This document shows positions 1 through 10,224 of a DNA stretch of 64,000 bases, one piece after another (positions within the stretch are counted from its first letter, which is position 1; each line of letters opens with the position of its first letter). The stretch is from positions 154,168 to 218,167 of the forward strand of contig NZ_JAAFIX010000004.1 in the NCBI RefSeq assembly GCF_013297935.1. Direction: 5' to 3'. Below the pieces are notes generated by a model that saw only the letters and a list, made by a program, of their open reading frames with translations, did no database searches and was not told the origin of the DNA. Both the position numbers and the translations under genes were made by a program. This DNA is from Rhodoferax sp. Its GTDB lineage: Bacteria > Pseudomonadota > Gammaproteobacteria > Burkholderiales > Burkholderiaceae_C.

Positions 1-136
1 GTCGGTAGCCTGCAAAAGCCCATCGCCGCCACGCTTGGGCGTTGGCAGACAGAGGCGCGTCTGCGGCGCTGGTCGCGCTTGCGCCATCACCTTGTCGCGG
101 CTGCTGGTGGGGAATTGCATTGGATGCGTAGGACAT
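1..136 (-). CDS. Possible 5' end of a gene running off the window edge (MSYASNAIPHQQ...)
   Basis: ATG at 136 preceded by GAGG; frame open to the edge; co-oriented with the upstream genes; no recognisable domain. Confidence 0.3.
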   Translation of the reverse strand, partial: MSYASNAIPHQQPRQGDGASATSAADAPLSANAQAWRRWAFAGYR

Positions 137-228
137 GGGCCTCAGAATAGACCTGCCCGCAGTGGATGTCAGCCGGTTTTACATTGCTTTACCAGACTGG
201 TTCCGGCGTTTACATGTTGGAAATATGT

Positions 229-1122
229 TTAGTTGCGCACGCCGCTGGCCACGTGCCCGCTCGGGACATGGCGGGCTGCGGACTCAATATGACCGGTCTG
301 GTCATCAAAAAAGAAGTCCGGCTCGAACTCGCGCAAGAACTCGCCCTTGTCCAGCCCGCCCAGAAACATGGCCTGGTCGACATCGATGTTCCAGTTCATG
401 AGCGTCAGGATCGCGCGCTCGTGGGCCGGGGCGCTACGTGCGGTGACCAGCGCCGTGCGGATGCGGATGTGCGGGATACGCGCCTGCTGCAGGCGGTGCA
501 AGGCCACCAGCAAAGGCTTAAACGGGCCGTCCGGCAGGGGCTGCGCGACCTTGTCCATCTCGTGCTGTTGGAATGCGGTCAGCCCGCTGGTCTGGTAGAC
601 CTGCTCGGCTTCATCGCTGAAGAGTACCGCGTCACCGTCGAAGGCAATACGCACTTCGTTGGGGTGCTCGGCGCTGGCGTGGGCGCTGTGGGGGTAAACC
701 TGCGCGGCCGGCACACCGGCGGCCAGTGCGGCACGCACATCGCTCAGGTGGGTGCTGAGAAACAAGTTGGCGTGCAAGGGTTTCAGGTAGCGCCAGGGCG
801 CCTCCCCGCGGGTGAAATTGCCGCGCTGTATGGCCAGGCCGTAGTGCTGCGCCGAGCGGAACACCCGCATGCCCGACACCGGGTCGTTGCGCGACAGGAT
901 GACGACCTCCACCCGTTGGTTGTCGGGTTCGTTAAAGGCCAGCAGTTTTTTGACGAGCGAGAACGCCACGCCGGGCTTGGCCGGCACATCGAGCCGCTGG
1001 CGTTGCAGCTGCATATAGGCGTGGTCGTCGTTTTGCTCGAAGACCTGGTTTTCTTCTTCAAAATCAAACAGAGCACGGCTGGAAATGGCCACCACCAGCT
1101 TGCCGTCGAGGGTCAGTCCCAT
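229..1122 (-). CDS. 5'-nucleotidase (cytosolic cN-I-like family)
   Basis: LVVAISSRALFD N-terminus, RIAFDGDAVLFSDE motif and FFDDQ C-terminal motif. Confidence 0.85.
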   Translation of the reverse strand: MGLTLDGKLVVAISSRALFDFEEENQVFEQNDDHAYMQLQRQRLDVPAKPGVAFSLVKKLLAFNEPDNQRVEVVILSRNDPVSGMRVFRSAQHYGLAIQRGNFTRGEAPWRYLKPLHANLFLSTHLSDVRAALAAGVPAAQVYPHSAHASAEHPNEVRIAFDGDAVLFSDEAEQVYQTSGLTAFQQHEMDKVAQPLPDGPFKPLLVALHRLQQARIPHIRIRTALVTARSAPAHERAILTLMNWNIDVDQAMFLGGLDKGEFLREFEPDFFFDDQTGHIESAARHVPSGHVASGVRN

Positions 1123-1131
1123 GAGAGATCC

Positions 1132-1944
1132 TTATTTCGCATTCACGATGCCCTTGAAGTCATAGGGCACCACAATGGTTTGCACTTTGCCGTTGGCCAC
1201 GCCTTCAGCAATTTTGAGGTTGGCCATGGCGTTCATGTAGCCGATGGCGCCGGCATTGGCGTTCAGCGCAGCAATGCGCTCGGCCTCTTTCTTGGCGGTT
1301 TGCACTTCCACTTCTTTGGTCTTGAGTTCGTTTTGGGCGCGCACCAGTTCGTTGGCGCTTTGCACAATCACGTCCGCCGGGGTGATAGCGCGCACCTGCA
1401 CCTGGGACACGGTGATTTTGTCGCCCAGCTTTTCTTCGGTCAGGGTTCTGATGATGTTTTCGCGGATCTGCTGCTCCATGAGCGGGCGGTTGTCTGCCAT
1501 CTTGAGCGACTCGTAGCCGCGTGCCACTTTGTAGGCGGCATTGCGGGCACTGAGTGCCACATAGTTCTGCATCAACAAAATGTCACCACCCTTGTCAGAG
1601 AGCCCGTGGAAGGTGCGGTTTTTGGTGGTCCACAGTTCCGACACGGCAGAGGGGTTGACGTTGTAGACCACGGTCATGTCGAAGTCTTTGACGGTGGAGT
1701 TGTCAGAGGCCAGGGGCGTCATGTTGTCCACGCCGACCGCCACATCCTGAATCTTGAAGGTGAGTATTTCGCCCACCACCGTCTGGTTGAACGAGCCGGG
1801 CAGCCGCTCGGTGGGGTCGACGGTCTTGTCGAAATTCACGCGCAGGCCCACTTCGCCGGTTTCAATCCGGGTGCACGCGGTCAGGCTCAAGGTCAGGGTG
1901 CCGGCGGCCAGCAACAGGGGTAAGGAGAGAGTTCGTAAAGACAC
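1132..1944 (-). CDS. SPFH/band-7 (prohibitin-like) protein, probable lipoprotein
   Basis: Lipobox-like LTAC followed by RIETGEVGL; C-terminal coiled coil (AQNELKTKEVEVQTAKKEAER). Confidence 0.8.
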   Translation of the reverse strand: MSLRTLSLPLLLAAGTLTLSLTACTRIETGEVGLRVNFDKTVDPTERLPGSFNQTVVGEILTFKIQDVAVGVDNMTPLASDNSTVKDFDMTVVYNVNPSAVSELWTTKNRTFHGLSDKGGDILLMQNYVALSARNAAYKVARGYESLKMADNRPLMEQQIRENIIRTLTEEKLGDKITVSQVQVRAITPADVIVQSANELVRAQNELKTKEVEVQTAKKEAERIAALNANAGAIGYMNAMANLKIAEGVANGKVQTIVVPYDFKGIVNAK

Positions 1945-1959
1945 AGTGCCTCCAGGGGG

Positions 1960-3177
1960 TTATTTGACGAGCTGGTTGAGTTGAATGATAGGCATGAGCA
2001 CGGCCAGCACGATCAGCATGACGACTAGGCCCATGGCCACAATCAGCAAAGGCTCCAGCAGGGTGGCCAATTGCAGTGCGCGGCGCTGCACCTCGGTGCG
2101 CAGCTGCACCGCAGCGCGGTCCAGCATGTGGGGCAGGCGGCCGGTTTGTTCGCCCAGTCGGGCAAACATGCTCAAGAGCGCGGGAAAGCGCTGGTTGCGC
2201 GCCAACGCGCTGGCCAGCGGCGCACCTTCGCGCACCAGGGTCAGGGCTTCGAGGGCGTCGTCCCGCATCGCATGGTTGCTCAAGGTTTCAGCGGCGGCCT
2301 GCAGCGCTTTGAGAATAGGAACACCGGCCGCAGCCAACATGGCCAGGGTGCTGGCAAACCGGGCAGCGTTGTAGCTGCGGGACATGCGGCCCAGCACCGG
2401 CAGGCGCAGCCAAGCAGCATCCGCTTTAGAGCGAAAAGCGGCGTTAGCCCAGGCAATACGTGCGCCTATAGCTCCTAAAACAATAGCAATCAGCACCAGC
2501 CAGCCATAGGACCGCACAGCCTCGCTCAGTGCCAACATGATCCTGGTGAGCAGGGGCAGCGCCTGTTTGGAACCGGCAAACACGTTGGCAATCTGCGGCA
2601 CCACATAAGCCAGCAGAAACAACACAATGGCCAAAGCCACCAGGCTCACGATGGCCGGGTAAAGCGCCGCGCCCAGCAGTTTGGCAGACAGGTTCTGCTG
2701 CTCTTCGAGGTCGTCCGCCAAGCGCTCCAGCACCAGCCCGAGTTGGCCGCTTTGTTCTCCGGCGCTGACCACCGCGACATAGATGGCAGAAAACTCTTTG
2801 GGGTGCTGGGCCAGCGAGCTGCCCAAGGGCTTTCCCCCGTTGACCTCGGCACGAATGGTGGCGACTACATCGCGCTGAGCCGGGGTTTCTGCCTCATCGG
2901 CCAACGAGCTCAGCGCCCGCTCCAGGGGCAGGCCCGCACTGACCAAGCCGGCCAATTGGCGGGTCCAGACCGCGCGTTGCGTGGGACTGAACGCGCGTGC
3001 GCTCCAAGCGCTGCGTGGGGCATCGGTTGCCGCTTCTCCGCTCAGCGCCTGCACCTTTAACGGCACGAGTTGCTGGGCCCGCAAGAGACCGCGAGCGGAC
3101 TTGGCCGCGTCTGCCTCCACCACCCCGGTGCGGGTTTTTCCATCGGCATCGAGAGCTTGGTAAGAGAAGGCGGGCAT
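1960..3177 (-). CDS. gspF: T2SS inner-membrane platform protein F
   Basis: MPAFSYQALDADG start; TRQLAGLVSAGLPL and GEQSGQL motifs; terminal LLEPLLIV..MPIIQLN. Confidence 0.93.
   Translation of the reverse strand: MPAFSYQALDADGKTRTGVVEADAAKSARGLLRAQQLVPLKVQALSGEAATDAPRSAWSARAFSPTQRAVWTRQLAGLVSAGLPLERALSSLADEAETPAQRDVVATIRAEVNGGKPLGSSLAQHPKEFSAIYVAVVSAGEQSGQLGLVLERLADDLEEQQNLSAKLLGAALYPAIVSLVALAIVLFLLAYVVPQIANVFAGSKQALPLLTRIMLALSEAVRSYGWLVLIAIVLGAIGARIAWANAAFRSKADAAWLRLPVLGRMSRSYNAARFASTLAMLAAAGVPILKALQAAAETLSNHAMRDDALEALTLVREGAPLASALARNQRFPALLSMFARLGEQTGRLPHMLDRAAVQLRTEVQRRALQLATLLEPLLIVAMGLVVMLIVLAVLMPIIQLNQLVK
2434..2487 (+). repeat. 54-bp element, copy 1 (inside gspF)
   Basis: aaaagcggcgtTAGCCCaggcaatacgTGCGCctatAGCTcctaaaacaatAGC; encodes AIVLGAIGARIAWANAAF on the minus strand. 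Confidence 0.75.
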
Positions 3178-3278
3178 GACCCAATGGTAGCGGTGCACCG
3201 GTTCACACGGGTTTTCCACCATGACAAAAAAAGCGCTCGCCGTCATACTTCAATAAAAGCACGACCGTGCTATTTTGA

Positions 3279-4348
<1,070 letters not shown>

Positions 4349-4349
<1 letters not shown>

Positions 4350-5341
4350 TGCCTTTGCGCAGAAATGTGCGTACCGGCCTGGCCGGCATGGCACTGGCGC
4401 TCAGTGTGGCCGCGGTGTGGTTCGTGGTGCCCGGGCCGGAGGCCTCCGAGCCGCCGCAGTCAGGGCAGGTACCGGGCACCGGCCTCGGTGCACGGTCTCT
4501 GGAGGGCACGGTGCCCGACGGGCTCGCCGCACTCCAGGCCGGTGCACTGAATGCCCTTCCCACCGGCTGCCGGGAGACCGGTTGCGGCACCTTGGCCTAT
4601 GGTGAGCTCAAGCGCCTGTTTGACTACTACCTCAGCACCGTGGGGGAGCAAAGTATTGCGGCTATTACGGCTGAAATTCAGCAAGTCTTGACCCGCAACC
4701 TGAGTGCCGGGCAGCTGCCGCAGGCACTGCGCCTGTTGGACCGCTACATCGCCTTCAAGCAAGATATTTTGCGTCTGGAACAGGGGTTCGCGGCCAAAGC
4801 GAGTGCAGACCGCACTTTGCGCGCACGCTTTCAAGCCATGCTGGAAATTCGGGCGCGCCATTTCAGTGCAGAAGAGGCACAGGCCATGTTCGGTCTGGAG
4901 GACGCACAAGACCTCGATGCGCTGGCGCGCCTGGATGTTGCCAACGACGCGAGCTTGAGCGCCGCTGAGCGCCAGTCGCGATTGCAAGCCATAGACCAGC
5001 AGATGCCGAAGACCCTGCGCGAAGAGCGAGATGCTCCGCGCGGCGTGATGCTGTTGGAAGAGCGGGTGGCGGCACTGCGTGGGCAAGGCGCCGGGGATGA
5101 CGAGATATTCCGCACCCGCGCCAAAGCGCTGGACACGGCCGCGGCATCTCGATTGGCGGCGGTCGATCAGGAAGAGCGTGCATGGCGCTCACGCATGGAT
5201 GCCTATCTGGCCGAGCGCGCCCGACTGCTGGCGCGCCTAGACAACGCGCCCGAGTCAGAAAAAACCACCGCGCTGGCTGCACTCCAAACCGAGAACTTCA
5301 GCGAACTGGAGCGCAAGCGACTGGCAGCCTACGAGCCATAA
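4349..5341 (+). CDS. Lipase-specific foldase (Lif/LipH-type chaperone)
   Basis: Overlaps the lipase stop (TAATG); N-terminal membrane anchor; RLFDYYLSTVGE resembles the Lif RxxFDY(F/C)L(S/T)A motif. Confidence 0.85.
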
Positions 5342-5375
5342 AAAAAGCCCTCCGGCCCGGGAGGGCGGAGGGCTT
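5340..5375. terminator. Probable bidirectional intrinsic terminator between lif and gspE
   Basis: A-tract followed by stem aagccctcc...ggagggctt with inner gccc/gggc, between convergent genes. Confidence 0.7.
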
Positions 5376-5438
5376 AAGCAGGACACCTGGTGCTTAGTTC
5401 ACGCGGGTGGCACCCGCTGCTGAGCAGGCGATAGCCGC

Positions 5439-6827
5439 TCAGTCGCGCACGACGCGCAAAAGCTCTTCGCGGCTGGTCAAGCCGCTGCTGACCAGTCGTT
5501 CCCCATCCTCACGCAGCGGCACCATGCCTTGCTGCGTGGCAGCCGCGCGGATGTCGGCCTCCGAGGCGTTGTGGTGAATCAGCTCGGCAATTGCATCGTC
5601 GGCCACCAGCAGTTCAAACACCCCGGTGCGGCCCAGGTAACCTGTGTGCCCGCACGCCTCACAACCCTTGCCCGCGCAGGTCTTGCAGGTTTTTCGCACG
5701 AGGCGTTGTGCCAGCACACCGCGCAATGAGGAGCTCAGCAAAAACGGCTCCACGCCCATGTCGATCAAGCGCGTTACGGCGCTGGCCGAGTCGTTGGTGT
5801 GCAGGGTGGCCAGCACCAAGTGACCGGTGAGCGAGGCCTGGATGGCGATCTGCGCCGTCTCAAAGTCGCGGATCTCGCCGATCATGATCACGTCCGGGTC
5901 CTGGCGCAGGATGGCGCGCAAGGCTTTCGCAAAGGTGAGTTCAATTTTCGGGTTGACCTGGGTTTGCCCCACGCCGGGCAGCTCGTATTCAATGGGGTCC
6001 TCCACCGTCATGATGTTCTGGCGCGCAGCATCCAGCCGGCCCAGAGACGCATACAGCGTGGTCGATTTACCCGAACCCGTGGGGCCGGTCACCAGAATAA
6101 TGCCGTGCGGCTGGCCTATCAGGCCCTCAAAGCGCCGCAACACATCACCCTGCATACCCACCGCTTCCAGGCTGCGCTGGTCCTGGCTCTTGTCGAGCAA
6201 GCGCAGCACCGCGCGCTCGCCGTGGGCGCTGGGCAGGGTGCTGACCCGCACATCCACCGCGCGGGTGCCAATGCGCAGGCTGATGCGGCCGTCCTGTGGC
6301 AGGCGCTTTTCTGAAATGTCGAGGTCGGCCATGATCTTGAGCCGCGAAATCAGCGCCGCATGCAGTGCGCGGTGGGCCTGCACCACTTCGCGCAAGGTGC
6401 CGTCCACCCGGAAACGCACCGACGAATTGCGCTCATAGGGCTCGATGTGGATGTCGCTGGCGCCATCGCGCGCGGCCTGGGTCAGCAGGGCGTTGAGCAT
6501 GCGGATGATGGGCGCATCGTCCGCCGTTTCCAGCAAGTCCTCCACGGCGGGCAGCTCTTGCATCATGCGGCTCAGGTCCGCTTCGCCCTGCACCTCGTTC
6601 ATCACCGTGGCGGCGCTGGACTCGCCCTGGGCATAGGCGGCGCTGATGCGCTGCTCCAGCGACCCGGCTTCCTGCGTTTGCAGGTTGTCGATGCGGTGCT
6701 TGCGCATGACCTCCGAAATGGCGGAGGCCGGCGTGCGGCTGTGAACCCACAGGCAGAGGCGACCGGCGTCGTCTTCCAGCAGCAACTGCTGGGTGCGCGC
6801 AAAAGCGTAGGGCAGCGGGTAGCGCAT
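5439..6827 (-). CDS. gspE: T2SS ATPase E
   Basis: ASDIHIEP; Walker A GPTGSGKS; LRQDPDVIMIGEIRD; CxxC...CxxC zinc motif. Confidence 0.95.
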   Translation of the reverse strand: MRYPLPYAFARTQQLLLEDDAGRLCLWVHSRTPASAISEVMRKHRIDNLQTQEAGSLEQRISAAYAQGESSAATVMNEVQGEADLSRMMQELPAVEDLLETADDAPIIRMLNALLTQAARDGASDIHIEPYERNSSVRFRVDGTLREVVQAHRALHAALISRLKIMADLDISEKRLPQDGRISLRIGTRAVDVRVSTLPSAHGERAVLRLLDKSQDQRSLEAVGMQGDVLRRFEGLIGQPHGIILVTGPTGSGKSTTLYASLGRLDAARQNIMTVEDPIEYELPGVGQTQVNPKIELTFAKALRAILRQDPDVIMIGEIRDFETAQIAIQASLTGHLVLATLHTNDSASAVTRLIDMGVEPFLLSSSLRGVLAQRLVRKTCKTCAGKGCEACGHTGYLGRTGVFELLVADDAIAELIHHNASEADIRAAATQQGMVPLREDGERLVSSGLTSREELLRVVRD

Positions 6828-6835
6828 GAGCCGGT

Positions 6836-8941
6836 TCAGGGCGTGGACGGCGCAGGCGCAGACGGTGGCTTGGGCGACAGGGCAGGCAACACCGGCGCTT
6901 CATTGATCGGCACCACGGTGCTCACCTCGGGCTGGCCATTTTGCTGGGTGCCGCGCATGAGTTCGTAGCGCTCGTTCGACAGGGCTTGGGTGGCGGTGGC
7001 ATCGCGCACCACCACCGGCCGCAAGAACACCATGAGGTTGGTCTTTTTGCGGCTGCGCGCCTCGCTCTTGAACAGGTTGCCGAAGAAGGGCACATCGGAA
7101 AGGCCGGGCACTTTTTCCTGATTGCCGCCATATTCGTCCTGCAGCAGTCCGCCCAGCACGACGACCGCACCGTCTTCCACCAGCACGTTGGATTCAATGG
7201 TGCGCTTGTTGGTGGTCGGCCCGTTGGCCGCATTGACGGTAGAGGCCAGCACGCTGGAGACCTCCTGGAAGATGGCCAGCTTGACCGTGCCGTTTTCGCT
7301 GATCTGGGGCTTGACCTTGAGCGTCAACCCCACGTCTTTGCGCTCTATGGTCTGGAACGGGTTCACGCTGCCGGTGCTCGCGCCGGTATTGGTGAACTGG
7401 CCGGTGACAAAAGGCACGTTCTGGCCGATCACGATCTTGGCCTCTTCGTTGTCCAGCGTGAGAAGGTTGGGCGTGGACAGCACATTGCCGGCGCCGGTGG
7501 CTTCTAAAAAGCGGGCCAGAAATCCGAGCACATAGACGCCGTTGGTCTTGTTGGCCACGCCCAGGTTCAAGCCCTTACCCGGTGTGGCCGTGCCCGAGGC
7601 GCCGGCCGTGGCAAGGCTGATGATGTTGTTGCCCCCGCTGCCGAAGTTGGTGCCCAGCAGGCCCACGGCGCTGTCTCCGGCATTGCCCAGCGCGCCTTGC
7701 CACTGAATACCGAATTCGGCCGCCTTGTCGGCGCTCACTTCGGCAATCAGGCTTTCTACAAAGACCTGTGCACGGCGGGCATCGAGCTTGTCAATGACGG
7801 CGCGCAGCTGGCGGTATTGGGGCTCGCTGGCGGTAATGATGAGCGAGTTGGTGGTCGGGTCGGCCTGAATTTGTCCACCCGTGCTCGGAGCGGCCGCAGC
7901 ACCCAAGGTCGAGCCACCGGCGGCTGCGGGCGCTGCCGCGCTGGGGGCCGCGCTGGCTGCCCCGCTACCGGACGCACTCATCGCCGCCCGCAGGGTGGTT
8001 GCAAGCTGGGTCGCGTTGGCATTCTTCAGGTACACCACATAAATGTTGCCGGCCGCACCATTGCCGCCCGGTGTGGGCTGGTCGAGCTTGTCGATCAGGT
8101 TGCGCGCCAGGGCCAGCCGCGCCTGATTGGCCGCCCGCACGATCAAGGTGTTGCTGCGGGGCTCGGCCACCACAGTGGTTTTGAAGCTGCTGTCCACCCC
8201 GCCGGCAGCACCGGCCGCAGAGTTTTCCAACAAGCGCAACACCAAGGGCGCGAGGTCGCTGGCGCTGGCATTTTTCAGCGCGATGATTTCCACATCTGTG
8301 GCGTTAGGAACATCCAGCGCCGTCACGATGCGGGCCAGGCGCCGCAGGTTGTCGGCGTAATCGGTGATCACCAGTGAGTTGGTGGCCGGATTCACGTTGA
8401 TGGGGTTGTTGGGGTTGATCAGCGGTCGCAGCACCGCCACCAGGTTGTTGGCGTTCTCAAACTGGAGCTTGATGATCTGCGTCACCAGCTGGTTGCCGGG
8501 CGCGTTGGCCATGCCGTTGTCGCTGGAGGCAACACTGCCGCCTATCAGTTTGGCATCAGCCTCGGGCACCACTTTGTCCAGGCCGTCGGATTGCACCACG
8601 GCGTAGCCCATAGTGCGCAACACGGCCAGAAAGTGGTTGTAAGCGCGGGCGGGAGACATGGGGCTGTCGGACACCAGCGTCATGGTGCCTTTGACCCGGG
8701 GGTCGACCACTACATTGCGCCCGGTCAGGGTGGCCATGGTGCGGGCCACGGCCTCGATCTCGGCGTTGCTGAAGTTCAGGGTGATCGGCTCTCCCCGCTT
8801 GGCGGCGGAAGCGGCTACCGGAGCCTGCGCCCAGGCATTCATGCCAAAAGGGCCGTTGGCGCCCGCAAACATTGCGCCAGCAGCTATGAATTGCATAGCA
8901 ATTGTTTTGGTGCGACGTTGGCGGTGATGTGGATGTGGCAT
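6836..8941 (-). CDS. gspD: T2SS secretin D
   Basis: ITLNFSNAEIEAV N0 domain; N-domain repeats; VLSTPNLLTLDNEEA and VPGLSDVPFFGNLF secretin motifs; RBS TAAGGA before the ATG. Confidence 0.93.
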   Translation of the reverse strand: MPHPHHRQRRTKTIAMQFIAAGAMFAGANGPFGMNAWAQAPVAASAAKRGEPITLNFSNAEIEAVARTMATLTGRNVVVDPRVKGTMTLVSDSPMSPARAYNHFLAVLRTMGYAVVQSDGLDKVVPEADAKLIGGSVASSDNGMANAPGNQLVTQIIKLQFENANNLVAVLRPLINPNNPINVNPATNSLVITDYADNLRRLARIVTALDVPNATDVEIIALKNASASDLAPLVLRLLENSAAGAAGGVDSSFKTTVVAEPRSNTLIVRAANQARLALARNLIDKLDQPTPGGNGAAGNIYVVYLKNANATQLATTLRAAMSASGSGAASAAPSAAAPAAAGGSTLGAAAAPSTGGQIQADPTTNSLIITASEPQYRQLRAVIDKLDARRAQVFVESLIAEVSADKAAEFGIQWQGALGNAGDSAVGLLGTNFGSGGNNIISLATAGASGTATPGKGLNLGVANKTNGVYVLGFLARFLEATGAGNVLSTPNLLTLDNEEAKIVIGQNVPFVTGQFTNTGASTGSVNPFQTIERKDVGLTLKVKPQISENGTVKLAIFQEVSSVLASTVNAANGPTTNKRTIESNVLVEDGAVVVLGGLLQDEYGGNQEKVPGLSDVPFFGNLFKSEARSRKKTNLMVFLRPVVVRDATATQALSNERYELMRGTQQNGQPEVSTVVPINEAPVLPALSPKPPSAPAPSTP
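8846..8899 (+). repeat. 54-bp element, copy 2 (gspD N-terminus)
   Basis: aaaagggccgtTGGCGCccgcaaacatTGCGCcagcAGCTatgaattgcatAGC; encodes AMQFIAAGAMFAGANGPF. Confidence 0.7.
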
Positions 8942-8944
8942 TCC

Positions 8945-9739
8945 TTAACCCAGGTGAATCAGAGACCTTGCGCCTTGGCGCTGCCCAATGATATTCAGCA
9001 AATTGGAAAGCGCCTCCTCGCGGCCTTCTGCGGCGCGGGCTTCCCCGTCAAAAACAAGGCGTCCGGGACTTAGTTCGCCCGTCCCGCTGAGTTGTAAAGC
9101 GCCTTCCTGCGTGGTCAGTGTGAGCCGGGTCGACGTGCCCCCGCGCAAGGCCACACGGTAACTGCCCAGCGGCTTCAGGGTGGACAGGCTGGTGCTCAGG
9201 CGCAGCGCGTCCAGCACTACTTCGCCTTCCAGCCGTGCGCTCCCGGCGCTGGCCAGGAGCTGCAGGCTGCGGGTCTCCAGGACGAGCTGCCCGTCGAGCT
9301 GCAAGGTGTTCCAAGGGGTGCCCAGGCCCACCAGCAAGGCCGCGGGTAAGCGCAGCCCCCGCCCGGCCGGCAGGTCGCTGAGGCGCAATTCCACCGACTG
9401 CAGGCCACCGGTGGCATGCCAGATCCAAGGGGCATCGAGGCAGCAGTCGGCCTGCCACGCCATGCGCAAACCGGGTGAGCGGTCCTGCCATGCGGGGCGG
9501 ATATTCCACCGAACCCGACCGGGCAGGGCGGTCTGCTCCTGGGCCTGGCTGCGCAGCACGAGTTGGGCGTCGCCCTGCCAGACGGTGCCGGAGGGGTTGA
9601 GAAGCTGCACTGGCGCATCGGCCCAGACCAGAGCGCCTGCCAACCAGCGCGCAGGCGCGTAGACCAGGCCACCGGCCAGTGCGCCCACTAGCAGTCCGGC
9701 AGACGCCCAAGCCCATGGACTGCGGCGCGCAGCCATCAT
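8945..9739 (-). CDS. gspN: T2SS protein N
   Basis: ATGA-type overlap with gspM; N-terminal TM followed by APARWLA; GTVWQGDAQL; LGTPWNTL. Confidence 0.8.
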   Translation of the reverse strand: MMAARRSPWAWASAGLLVGALAGGLVYAPARWLAGALVWADAPVQLLNPSGTVWQGDAQLVLRSQAQEQTALPGRVRWNIRPAWQDRSPGLRMAWQADCCLDAPWIWHATGGLQSVELRLSDLPAGRGLRLPAALLVGLGTPWNTLQLDGQLVLETRSLQLLASAGSARLEGEVVLDALRLSTSLSTLKPLGSYRVALRGGTSTRLTLTTQEGALQLSGTGELSPGRLVFDGEARAAEGREEALSNLLNIIGQRQGARSLIHLG

Positions 9740-10224
9740 TCCGCAGGCAGGGTGAATTGCACCGTGCCGCTCCAGGTGTTGCCGGTGCGCTTCCACTGCG
9801 CCTGGCTGGGGAGCAAGCGGGCTTCGGTGCGCACCAGAGCCAGCCAGCCGGCCAGGGCAGCGCCATCCAGACCTTGCAGGGTCACGGTGGCTTGTTGGTT
9901 GATGACCTGCAGGCTGGCTTTCGGGCCCAGGCCTGCCACGGCGGCTTGCAAGCCGGCCCGCATGGCCTGCGCCGTCAAGGCCGGACGGCTCTGCAGAGCC
10001 CGTGCCCGGGCCTCCAGGGTCAACATACTGGTGAGTTGGGTGTCCAGCGCGGCCCGCTGCACCGGGTAGGCTTTGACGGTGCGCCAAGCCGGCGCCAGAG
10101 CCAAGCTCCAGAGCAAGGCACCGGCCACCAACAGCGCGGCCGCAGTCAGCAAACCTTGTTCGCGCGCAGGGCGGCGAGCCCACCATGCGGCCCACGCAGA
10201 CAGGGGGCGTTTGGACGTGTTCAT
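9736..10224 (-). CDS. gspM: T2SS protein M
   Basis: W..R.AREQGLL TM motif; ATGA overlap with gspL; operon position. Confidence 0.8.
   Translation of the reverse strand: MNTSKRPLSAWAAWWARRPAREQGLLTAAALLVAGALLWSLALAPAWRTVKAYPVQRAALDTQLTSMLTLEARARALQSRPALTAQAMRAGLQAAVAGLGPKASLQVINQQATVTLQGLDGAALAGWLALVRTEARLLPSQAQWKRTGNTWSGTVQFTLPAE

Noticed and set aside
166-1923. 585-aa plus-strand ORF and the many other long antisense ORFs (e.g. 12441-13460, 21663-22706, 32944-34026, 40492-41565, 58866-60005)
   Set aside because: They are shadows of well-supported opposite-strand genes in GC-rich DNA, with no motifs of their own.
7860-7990. Ala/Ser/Gly low-complexity tract in gspD and the GGM tail of groEL (28768-28830)
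   Set aside because: Both are known features: the flexible N3 loop of secretins and the GroEL C-terminal tail.
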